Source: a virus
Taxonomy: Duplodnaviria > Caudoviricetes
Length of the DNA: 25,057 bases
Strand: one strand, 5' to 3'
Virus record (IMG/VR): IMGVR_UViG_3300032312_000722
Coordinates: 1 to 25,057 of that record
Notes under the pieces: generated by a model
Told to the model about the DNA's origin: nothing
The model's input: the letters and a program-made list of their open reading frames with translations, nothing else
Database searches by the model: none
Translations under genes and position numbers: made by a program
Shown: positions 15,456 through 22,680 of the stretch, in pieces
How the letters are laid out: each line of letters starts with the position of its first letter
Numbering within the stretch: the stretch's first letter is position 1

Positions 15456-15532
15456 TTATTCAGCTTGTCGCAGTACATGAGGAGTACTCCAAAGACAACC
15501 ATCCAAAACATGATTATAAAGAAATCGCTCAT
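15452..15532 (-). CDS. 26 aa single-TM peptide
   Basis: MSDFFIIMFWMVVFGVLLMYCDKLNK; ATGA overlaps at both ends fill the gap exactly. Confidence 0.5.
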   Translation of the reverse strand: MSDFFIIMFWMVVFGVLLMYCDKLNK

Positions 15533-16092
15533 CGCCACTGCCCTCCGGTAAGCCAGGCGACCAGCACCCATCTAGAGCCAAAGAACACTGGCAGTGCTTG
15601 GTGCCTGACGTAGGTGGGGAACATCGTTGCCGATCCCCGCTTCTTTACATCTTTCGCGTTGTGCAAGTCGCACTCAACCCGAAGTCCTCCGCCTAGAAAC
15701 TCTGATGGATCTGATAGGTTGATCACCATGGTTAGCTTGCGATCACTTCCGTCAAAGCAGTCAAAGTGCGGCAGGAAGAACTGACCCGGCCTGTAGCGCA
15801 GGATCTGCAGTTGCTGAATGCCTGTGATGTCAAACTTGTAGTGCTCTTCGTTTAGGTCCATGGCAACACTTCTGACAACGTCGTATAGCCACTTATAATG
15901 TTCTGCGAACGGCACCCAACAAGATGAGCATGTCCTGGTGTATGAAGACCTGGTCGTTCCGTCCTTCTTCATGACGTGAGATCTCCTCATGCCTATGACC
16001 TCGGCATCATCGCGAATCATATTGCACTGCCCCTGCGTCAACACGTCTGGCTCGCACACTGCCGTTAAAATCTTTTGCTTAAACTGGCTCAT
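15529..16092 (-). CDS. 2OG-Fe(II) oxygenase (prolyl-4-hydroxylase/PKHD-like)
   Basis: Q...Y..GQFF.PHFD (HxD), RKLT+VINLSD, GG.L, FP.Y..H...PV..G.R..LV.W. Confidence 0.92.
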   Translation of the reverse strand: MSQFKQKILTAVCEPDVLTQGQCNMIRDDAEVIGMRRSHVMKKDGTTRSSYTRTCSSCWVPFAEHYKWLYDVVRSVAMDLNEEHYKFDITGIQQLQILRYRPGQFFLPHFDCFDGSDRKLTMVINLSDPSEFLGGGLRVECDLHNAKDVKKRGSATMFPTYVRHQALPVFFGSRWVLVAWLTGGQWR

Positions 16093-16339
16093 TGGCCGCC
16101 TCCTTTATTGCTGTTACCATTGCGTACTGAAACAACGCGTCCTTATCGCTGGAGATATGGATGCGACCGGCCTCGACAATTGCCTCGTAAGTTTCCTTGT
16201 CTACGTCCAGGCCAAACTCGTAGCAAATAACTTTCTTCTCAGAAATTATTTTAATCAGACCTGTTTTAGATTCGCCTGGATTTCTTTTGTCTTTGCCAGA
16301 ATGTCTTCTGGCTTGATTGATTTTAGAACGTTGCACCAT
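16079..16339 (-). CDS. Hypothetical protein
   Basis: 86 aa after an AAGGAG RBS; overlaps the GT9 3' end. Confidence 0.55.
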   Translation of the reverse strand: MVQRSKINQARRHSGKDKRNPGESKTGLIKIISEKKVICYEFGLDVDKETYEAIVEAGRIHISSDKDALFQYAMVTAIKEAANEPV

Positions 16340-17319
16340 TTGGGTTCTCCTTTTATCGCGTTGACTGCATCTTTACATTTATCCTTGGGTTGCTCGTACA
16401 CCGAGCATGGGGCGTGGGGACAAACATCTTTAGGGAAGATTGGCTTCACATACTTGTAGTACTTCGAGGTGTGCTCAGGTCCGTAAGGTCCGTACAACCC
16501 TACGGTTGGCGCGTCGAATACCGCGGTCATGTGCATGATTGCCGACTCCGGGCAAACTGCCATGTCACAACGCGCGGCCAGGTGCATTAACGACCTGACG
16601 TTGCGCAATCTTCCCTGTAAATTGATTAGCCTGTTATGCGTGATCGACAGCGGAGGATCATCGTGACCAACCGCTACAACGCTCCAATCCTTATTCTCCT
16701 TTAGGAACGACTTGATGAACAGTCCTGCCTCGTAGGTCGGGTAACTCTTCCACAGGCTAGATCCACTGATCGAATAAAGTAGGAATGGTCCGGCAACGTC
16801 AAATCCAACCGTAGCAAGTTCATGCTGATCCTTTTCCATCAGTTTTGCATATGGCTTCTTAAACTGATCGTCAACCTCTACGCCCCAGGATCTGTAGACG
16901 TAGTCATACACGTTTCCGTCTAGGTGTGCGGTCTTCGACAAGATATCGTCAAGACAGACGTGGCCCTTGTACGACTTCCAGGTGGCGATTGTGGGTGCTA
17001 GCGGTAGCGCCCTGACTCCTGCAAATCCTTCCCACAATCCAAGATGACGCTGGGGAACGTAGACATCGATCCTTCCGTCTCCCTCGTAGTGTTGCATAGC
17101 CCTGGCGATGCCCATGGCGATGAACTGATCTCCAATCGCCCCGCCCCGGTACAGGGCCGCGTACCCGCCCGAGGCACAACCAACCCTGTACGGTATCGTG
17201 TACGCGTCTGCATGTGTGCCGGGCACCCCGCGGACTTCATCCGGGACTACGATCGAATCGTGCGGATGGTGGAGCCGATCGTCCAACATCATGGGATCTT
17301 TTAGGGTCAATATTCTCAT
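16255..17319 (-). CDS. Glycosyltransferase family 9 (heptosyltransferase-like, GT-B)
   Basis: GAIGD, K.YP and ESAIMHMTAVFDAPTVGLYGP (DSG.MH+AAA+..P.+.L+GP consensus); Cys-rich C-terminus. Confidence 0.88.
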   Translation of the reverse strand: MRILTLKDPMMLDDRLHHPHDSIVVPDEVRGVPGTHADAYTIPYRVGCASGGYAALYRGGAIGDQFIAMGIARAMQHYEGDGRIDVYVPQRHLGLWEGFAGVRALPLAPTIATWKSYKGHVCLDDILSKTAHLDGNVYDYVYRSWGVEVDDQFKKPYAKLMEKDQHELATVGFDVAGPFLLYSISGSSLWKSYPTYEAGLFIKSFLKENKDWSVVAVGHDDPPLSITHNRLINLQGRLRNVRSLMHLAARCDMAVCPESAIMHMTAVFDAPTVGLYGPYGPEHTSKYYKYVKPIFPKDVCPHAPCSVYEQPKDKCKDAVNAIKGEPKWCNVLKSIKPEDILAKTKEIQANLKQV

Positions 17320-17960
17320 GGTAATACCTTGTCCATTTCCTCAATCCACTTTGCCCTGGCATCTCCGTAGATCCCAGCTGCGTGTGGCATGAAACCATCC
17401 GACTGTTTCTTGTCTTTAGGCGTATTGATCTCCATCGCGTTCCATTCCCAACTCAGGAACCGGATAGAGTAACCGAGCATTCTGGCCCGGTAGTTAGTAA
17501 AAGTCTGCTCGGGGAATGCGAATGGGGCGTACACGAAATTGGCCCAAGCGCCTGCATGTTGCTTATCGCAAACCATGACTCCGGTATTGAAGTATCCTTG
17601 CGTCCACCTAACCGATCCGAGCAGTGCCTGGGATAGGATCATCTCGTTCGCCCGGCCCCAATGTAACTGGTCGCCGTGAGGAGCATCGGCACAAGCGTAG
17701 AAGTGTCCGTGAGGGAAAGTCTCGAATGGGTTTACGCACTCGCGCGAAATCAATACATCGCTGTCGACAAACAGAGTCCTGTCAGCATTCTGCACCGCAT
17801 CGACTAGCGACATCTTGGCTAGCAGTCCGATCGGCTTCTCCGGCTTAATGACTACAAGATCTGCGCCCCAGCGCGTTGACGCCTCTTTTATTCTAGGGAG
17901 GGAATGCTTCTCAAACCATTCCGGCAACTGGCAACTAACCGTTACTATTTGCTTCTTCAT
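17316..17960 (-). CDS. Glycosyltransferase family 8-like (GT-A)
   Basis: LFVDSD (DxD), YFNTGVMV, EQT..N, WN and H.AG motifs. Confidence 0.85.
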   Translation of the reverse strand: MKKQIVTVSCQLPEWFEKHSLPRIKEASTRWGADLVVIKPEKPIGLLAKMSLVDAVQNADRTLFVDSDVLISRECVNPFETFPHGHFYACADAPHGDQLHWGRANEMILSQALLGSVRWTQGYFNTGVMVCDKQHAGAWANFVYAPFAFPEQTFTNYRARMLGYSIRFLSWEWNAMEINTPKDKKQSDGFMPHAAGIYGDARAKWIEEMDKVLP

Positions 17961-18087
17961 GAAGCCCGGCCTCCTTAATTGCCTTCGCTAGCCCCTCCGG
18001 GACAATCTCAATCCTTCCGGTGGAATCAAAGATATCTCCGTTGGAAGTCACCGCGTAGTATCTTTCACCCCACTGGACGTAGATCAT
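17935..18087 (-). CDS. Hypothetical protein (MIYVQWGERYY...)
   Basis: ATG at 18087 overlaps the upstream stop; GGAAGG RBS-like sequence. Confidence 0.55.
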   Translation of the reverse strand: MIYVQWGERYYAVTSNGDIFDSTGRIEIVPEGLAKAIKEAGLHEEANSNG

Positions 18088-18281
18088 GTTGCCTTCCTCT
18101 CCTCCATAAATCTCTGGATGATTTGATGCAACCGATAGTTTTCCCAGGACAGATACTCCATAATGCGCTCCACCCTTGTCGACTCGTCCTTGTGAAGAAA
18201 CACTGCTAGCGGGTCTTCCCATGTTGTTGTCTCCGGGCCGATATGTATGCTGGTGCTATTTGTTGTCACGGATTTTGTCAA
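18084..18281 (-). CDS. Hypothetical protein
   Basis: 65 aa ORF tiling between its neighbours. Confidence 0.5.
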   Translation of the reverse strand: MTKSVTTNSTSIHIGPETTTWEDPLAVFLHKDESTRVERIMEYLSWENYRLHQIIQRFMEERKAT

Positions 18282-18387
18282 TTTTTTCGATTGCGATCAT
18301 GCTGATCCAAACTACTGGCGCAAGCACAATCACGACAGTTGTGATTAGCCCAATCAAAAATATCAACTCAATGATGCGCCCAGCCAT
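18256..18387 (-). CDS. Small single-TM membrane protein (MAGRIIELIF...)
   Basis: TAATG overlap at 18387 and a long hydrophobic stretch. Confidence 0.6.
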   Translation of the reverse strand: MAGRIIELIFLIGLITTVVIVLAPVVWISMIAIEKIDKIRDNK

Positions 18388-18758
18388 TAATGTATCTTCC
18401 CTTCCTTCGCCTTGTAGAGCGTAAACACGGCCCGAACCAGTGCTCGCTCCAGGTGGTCGATACAAGTTTCGCCGGAACTATCCGGAGAAGACGTGTTGCC
18501 ATCGATCTGTTGCATCGCCCGGGTCATGTGGGCAATTGCCCTGTCCGAGTTGTAGCGGAGCGAATTCTTGTGGAACCACTCTCCAAACCTGGACTTGTTT
18601 GACCCCCGGCTCATGATCTTTCTGATCACGTTGCTCGCATGAGTAGCTACGTCTTCGATGGTTGGTTCTGTATGCTCTCTGACCGGGAGCCCCTCCTGGA
18701 GCTCTCGAACTGCTGTGCCTAGCGAATCGATCGCTTCCATAATTGATTGTGTGCTCAT
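18387..18758 (-). CDS. Divergent dATP/dGTP diphosphohydrolase-domain (DUF5664-like) protein
   Basis: IMSRGSNK...GEW...RAIAHM...D.SGE...HL..A resembles the V+..GA.KY...NW...A.RH+...D.ESG..HL.HA consensus. Confidence 0.5.
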   Translation of the reverse strand: MSTQSIMEAIDSLGTAVRELQEGLPVREHTEPTIEDVATHASNVIRKIMSRGSNKSRFGEWFHKNSLRYNSDRAIAHMTRAMQQIDGNTSSPDSSGETCIDHLERALVRAVFTLYKAKEGKIH

Positions 18759-18759
18759 A

Positions 18760-19032
18760 TTAGCAATCCCACTTTCTTAGGCTCTTGTTGATCCTGCTGT
18801 TAGGGTCCCGGGCAGTCTTGGCCGAGGTCAACTTCTTCTTCATGCCCGACATGCGAGCACAAAAAGATTTGCGCCTCGCAGCCGAGGTTTCGGATCGAGC
18901 AGCCTGTTTCTTGCTGACCGGAGCCTTTAGGTTCCCGCCTGTAGACCGATTGTAGCTACGACGTCCGGCCTCATTCAGACCACCTTCCGGGTTCTTGCCT
19001 AGAGCCCTTTGCCATGCCGGACTATTTGCCAT
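18760..19032 (-). CDS. Basic phage protein, DUF6321-like
   Basis: KNPEGGLN..GR.SY, RRKSFCARM.GM and SRINKSLRKWDC motifs. Confidence 0.8.
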   Translation of the reverse strand: MANSPAWQRALGKNPEGGLNEAGRRSYNRSTGGNLKAPVSKKQAARSETSAARRKSFCARMSGMKKKLTSAKTARDPNSRINKSLRKWDC

Positions 19033-19180
19033 AACCAATTTCCTTGGCAGTTAGTTTTGACCTCTCAAACGCCTTCGCGGTTGGAGCTCCTTTAGAGCCC
19101 GGCTTTCTCATTTTTTCTTTCGAGCCAGCTTTAATCCTGGCCCTCTTTTTGTGTATGTTTGCGTATAGTCCTGGTTTCAT
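19022..19180 (-). CDS. Small basic phage protein, 52 aa (not in the ORF track)
   Basis: MKPGLYANIHKKRARIKAGSKEKMRKPGSKGAPTAKAFERSKLTAKEIGYGK; AAGGAG RBS; recurrent GLYANI..KR...MRKPG.KGAPT family. Confidence 0.8.
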   Translation of the reverse strand: MKPGLYANIHKKRARIKAGSKEKMRKPGSKGAPTAKAFERSKLTAKEIGYGK

Positions 19181-19197
19181 ATTTATTTCTCCTTTTG

Positions 19198-20070
19198 TTA
19201 AACCACACCTTTGGGTTTGAATTTCTTGTCAAAGCACCACAGTGCCAGACAGTGCTGAAAAGCACTCCAGCCATCCTCCAACTCCTGCTCGCTCCACTTG
19301 TAAACAAACGGAGCGGATGGAGTCTTCGACGATAGTATCACCGACATGCAGTGCGCTTCCTTACCAAGGGCCTTCCTATAGGCCCCCAACTGCATCGCGT
19401 CGTGTGGGTACACCGGGCGCCTAGATGCTGTCACCTTCTCCGGGTCGAACGATCTGTTCTTCAGATCGATTAAGCATGTGCCATACTCGGAGTGATCGAT
19501 CAGCGCGTCCGCCTTTCCGGCGTATCCAGCACCGACCAGCACCTTCTCTTCCCAATGCGCCTTCACGACCTGGGAGTTGATCCACTCCACCATGTACTCT
19601 GCGAATGGAATAAGATCCTCCCGGATGTGTATATCTGATGTAGATACAGGCTCCTTCTTTTCGCGCAGTAGTGGCAATAGTCTCTCCTGGACGTCGTGCA
19701 TGGAAGTACCATGGTTCGACGCTTTCTTGGTCACTGCCTTGCTCAACTCCTCAACTGCCGAGGCCCAATCCTCCAGGGTTTCCCCGGGAAGTCTCGGGCG
19801 CTCGTCGGCTGCGAGTAGGACCTGGGTTATTTTCCAGGCATTCAGTTGGGGGGCGTCCTTCACTTTCATCACCGAAGTGACCGACGGTAGCAAATCAATT
19901 CCCTCCTTGGCTAGCTTCCTCACGTCCCGGAGCGTTGTTGGACGATCGCGCCCTTCAGCGTCCGGGACCGTGTGGTAAGCCTCTCCATCAGTCGAGTACC
20001 AGTGCGCGGAGAATTCCGCTGACACAAGCCTCGTCGGCGTTTCCGAATAAGTAGAGAGTTCCAGTGCCAT
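19198..20070 (-). CDS. PD-(D/E)XK exonuclease (phage recombination, Cas4/YqaJ-like fold)
   Basis: PSVT, GT.+H, E, YAGKAD, IDLK and QLGAY motifs. Confidence 0.85.
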   Translation of the reverse strand: MALELSTYSETPTRLVSAEFSAHWYSTDGEAYHTVPDAEGRDRPTTLRDVRKLAKEGIDLLPSVTSVMKVKDAPQLNAWKITQVLLAADERPRLPGETLEDWASAVEELSKAVTKKASNHGTSMHDVQERLLPLLREKKEPVSTSDIHIREDLIPFAEYMVEWINSQVVKAHWEEKVLVGAGYAGKADALIDHSEYGTCLIDLKNRSFDPEKVTASRRPVYPHDAMQLGAYRKALGKEAHCMSVILSSKTPSAPFVYKWSEQELEDGWSAFQHCLALWCFDKKFKPKGVV

Positions 20071-20687
20071 CAGAACGGTGCTCCGTCGTCAGTCGCCGCG
20101 GTCGATTTGACTCCACCGAGCTCTTTCGACAGAAGGACTTTTTCCTGTAGCCACTTCGGCAAGTTGGTAAACTCGCCACCCTGACCCTGCTCAATCTCAT
20201 ACGAGATAAGATTGTTTACGCGCTCAGGAACGACCATGCCTTTGGGCAATTTGGATGCCGATCCAATCGCAACGTAGGTCTTGCCGGAGGTTTGGCTAAC
20301 CTTGTGAACTACGTTGAGCAGTGCCGACTTCCCCAGGAAGTCAGTCACCTTGAAAGAGGCGAGTTGCTTCGCGTTGAGCGCCGACCCGAGCCAGCCTTCA
20401 ACAAACTTCCGAAGCGACGCCTTCGGTCCGATCGACGCGGTAAACTCCGCGGAACAGACCAACGGCTTCTTGATAATGGTGACCTTACCATTCTCCACTT
20501 GCTCGAAGTCGTCGTTCTGGTCGCAGATCTCAAACGCGATACGGATTTTCTTTAACTCCTTCGTCTCGCCTTGGTAGGTGCTCTTCTGGGTTCCCATGTC
20601 AACTACCGAATAGCAGATTGCAGGATGCGCTCCCGCTTCTACGATCGGTCTTTCTTTTGTGCTTTTCTCACTTAGTACTAGCGCCAT
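20070..20687 (-). CDS. Putative ssDNA-binding/replication protein (NGO0469-like)
   Basis: G.H.A.C..+VD+GTQ, KA.LRK, LP.W+QEK+..S.E and an acidic DDGAPF tail typical of SSBs. Confidence 0.75.
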   Translation of the reverse strand: MALVLSEKSTKERPIVEAGAHPAICYSVVDMGTQKSTYQGETKELKKIRIAFEICDQNDDFEQVENGKVTIIKKPLVCSAEFTASIGPKASLRKFVEGWLGSALNAKQLASFKVTDFLGKSALLNVVHKVSQTSGKTYVAIGSASKLPKGMVVPERVNNLISYEIEQGQGGEFTNLPKWLQEKVLLSKELGGVKSTAATDDGAPF

Positions 20688-20701
20688 ATATGTATTCTCC
20701 T

Positions 20702-21115
20702 TTATGGTTTATTTGGGTTTATTTGAGGTGAAGTCTGATGAATGTCTTTTGCGTGTGTGACTGCTGGCAACACGATCGGAAGACTATTATTTACTAAATC
20801 GATCCAATCTTGGAATTTCATTGTGACGTGCCATCCTGTTTGATTTCTTCGATGACAGACGATAGGTGTTTTACCAGTTTTTGAATCGTTGGTAGACTGT
20901 TGCATCCAGTCGTAAATTTTGGTTTGCTGGCAGTACTTGACCTCGACGTGGAAGGGCCAGAATTCTGATTCGACCAGTACGTCACTAGCTCCGCCATCCG
21001 GAGACCCGCAGAATTGCTGGGCGCGCCTAGCCTTCCATCCAGCCTCACTGAGCAGGCTTGATACCTCGCGTTCACCGCGTTTCCCCTTGTTGCGTGACAT
21101 CTTTCCTCCGCCCAT
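20702..21115 (-). CDS. Holliday junction resolvase (Hjc-like PD-(D/E)XK)
   Basis: SRNKGKRGERE, SD+ and HVEVK motifs; AAGGAGGT RBS. Confidence 0.82.
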   Translation of the reverse strand: MGGGKMSRNKGKRGEREVSSLLSEAGWKARRAQQFCGSPDGGASDVLVESEFWPFHVEVKYCQQTKIYDWMQQSTNDSKTGKTPIVCHRRNQTGWHVTMKFQDWIDLVNNSLPIVLPAVTHAKDIHQTSPQINPNKP

Positions 21116-21143
21116 GGTGACCTCCTTGTTTCAAGATCACCGG

Positions 21144-21172
21144 ACTCTGCCGAAACACGGCAACCAGGTCAA
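21144..21172 (-). promoter_or_regulatory. Putative sigma70-like promoter for the replication/recombination genes
   Basis: TTGACC-17 nt-CAGAGT with an A-rich upstream tract, ahead of the resolvase RBS. Confidence 0.45.
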
Positions 21173-21209
21173 CACATTATTTTTGGGGAACTTTAATTAG
21201 CTTGACTTG

Positions 21210-21599
21210 CTATATCTTCGACAAACTCATCCAGGCAATTGAATCTTCTGGAGATGCAGAACGCGTCGATTTCATTTTTCTTGAGTCAAATACCCAAAGT
21301 AAATCCTTGTCCAGCGCGACCAGGAATATTAAGTCGATGCACTTGCCGTACTTCCTCTTGTCGACTCCGCGCCCGGTGCTGAACTTGTAGCTCGGGCCCC
21401 TTCTGCCACTGCTGTGCAGTCGTGGAGATCCGCAAGACTTAACCTGGATTCTTTTGAATGTTCCGTCTTTTTCCGCGACGATGTCGTACCCGGCGTTGTC
21501 CTCAAATGGAGTCAACACGTTCCACCCGGAAGCGAGGAGTCCTGCGATTACCCTAGCGACTCCTACTGCTCCTGTCTGACGATTACCCGGTTGGGGCAT
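21210..21599 (-). CDS. PD-(D/E)XK endonuclease (group I intron-associated/PDDEXK_5-like), free-standing
   Basis: L...GWNV..P..DN..YD+V.E......RIQVK motif. Likely ATG at 21599 within the lysozyme 3' end. Confidence 0.8.
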   Translation of the reverse strand: MPQPGNRQTGAVGVARVIAGLLASGWNVLTPFEDNAGYDIVAEKDGTFKRIQVKSCGSPRLHSSGRRGPSYKFSTGRGVDKRKYGKCIDLIFLVALDKDLLWVFDSRKMKSTRSASPEDSIAWMSLSKI

Positions 21600-22407
21600 T
21601 CCCAAAAAGCCGATATCTGTTCGAGACCCTATTCTGGAGACCATTGAGAAACTTTTTACGTTCCGGGTTCTGCTCCGCAAGCCTTCTCTCGTAGGTCATC
21701 TGCTCGACGGAAACGTTCTTCATTACCTCTGATGGGTTCAATCCCTCCAGGGCCTTGAGCGTCTGAGGCCCAAGAGCTCCGTCATCCTTCACCCCGACCG
21801 CACGTTGCAGGAACTTTGTCGCCCCTCCGACCCCGCGGTTGAATGCCAGGTCCTGGAAGAAGGGTCGGTAAGGCTCGGGAAGTTTAGACGTGAAGGGCCT
21901 GGTATATTCTACGACGTACCTGGCAGCTGCGTCCCTGCGCTCCCCCGCTGGAAGATTCTTCAGCATCTCCGCGGCCGCTGGATGATACTTGTCGTTGATC
22001 CCGGCGACCTCGTAGCTACCGCCCATATCCCCGGAAGGAAGATTGTAGACCATGACGTTCCCGGACTTGTCCTTCCTGGCCTCCATGTCAACCGTTGCTA
22101 GGGCTGAGTCGTATTCGTTCTTTGGAACCTTCGGCCCGATTAGGTTTTGATCCTGCATAATGTTTTTAGTCACTTGATCCTCCATTGCTCTTTGTGTTGT
22201 CTCTGACCGAATATCGTCCATCGTCGCAGCCGACCGCATACGCTCAGACATTGCGACCAGGCGCTGACCCTTTTCGTCGGTCCACCCCGCCCTCTGTGGC
22301 TCCTGCATGGGCCTGGACGCGTTTTGCCTGTCAAATTCCCCGGCTCCAAATGGGGTAAAATTTCTGCTTGCGCTTAGTTCAGGGATCTGTGTTAGAATGT
22401 TTGCCAT
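21583..22407 (-). CDS. GH108-family lysozyme with a peptidoglycan-binding domain and a ~100 aa N-terminal extension
   Basis: E...D.GG....GI, D.AFN.G...A.K.LQRA+GV..DG.+GP.TL.A+ and FL.G..NR motifs. Confidence 0.85.
   Translation of the reverse strand: MANILTQIPELSASRNFTPFGAGEFDRQNASRPMQEPQRAGWTDEKGQRLVAMSERMRSAATMDDIRSETTQRAMEDQVTKNIMQDQNLIGPKVPKNEYDSALATVDMEARKDKSGNVMVYNLPSGDMGGSYEVAGINDKYHPAAAEMLKNLPAGERRDAAARYVVEYTRPFTSKLPEPYRPFFQDLAFNRGVGGATKFLQRAVGVKDDGALGPQTLKALEGLNPSEVMKNVSVEQMTYERRLAEQNPERKKFLNGLQNRVSNRYRLFGNAPTG
22390..22398 (+). promoter_or_regulatory. Extended -10 promoter for the plus-strand gene
   Basis: TGtTAGAAT, 7 nt before the ATG at 22406. Confidence 0.5.
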
Positions 22408-22678
22408 GAAGAAAATCCTATTGTTGGTCGTCTTGTCACTCGGTCACTGTTTCGCCGGGGATCTCACAGATGCAACCGGGAACTACGGTGGTTCCGCCTA
22501 CCGTACTTCCTACAGTACATCCACAGGGGAATACGGTGGTTCCATCTTTAGGAACAGGAATCTCTCCGACGCTTCCGGAAACTACGCTGGATACATTACA
22601 AGGAACGGAAGCATCGTCGACGCCAAGGGGGCCTACGGAGGTTTTATTTCCAGGTTTGGAGATACCGACGTCGAGTGA
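22406..22678 (+). CDS. Secreted small beta-repeat protein (moron-like)
   Basis: Signal peptide MKKILLLVVLSLGHCFA followed by four repeats of (L/I)xD/TxxGxY(G/A)Gx(I/A)xR. Confidence 0.75.
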   Translation: MKKILLLVVLSLGHCFAGDLTDATGNYGGSAYRTSYSTSTGEYGGSIFRNRNLSDASGNYAGYITRNGSIVDAKGAYGGFISRFGDTDVE

Positions 22679-22680
22679 GG

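Noticed and set aside
15529-16092. TET/JBP-type DNA base oxidase
   Set aside because: The motifs fit the P4H/PKHD-type group and no cytosine methyltransferase is present in the window.
19198-20070. Cas4-like nuclease as evidence of a CRISPR system
   Set aside because: No repeat-spacer array or other cas genes; its context beside SSB and resolvase indicates a recombination exonuclease.
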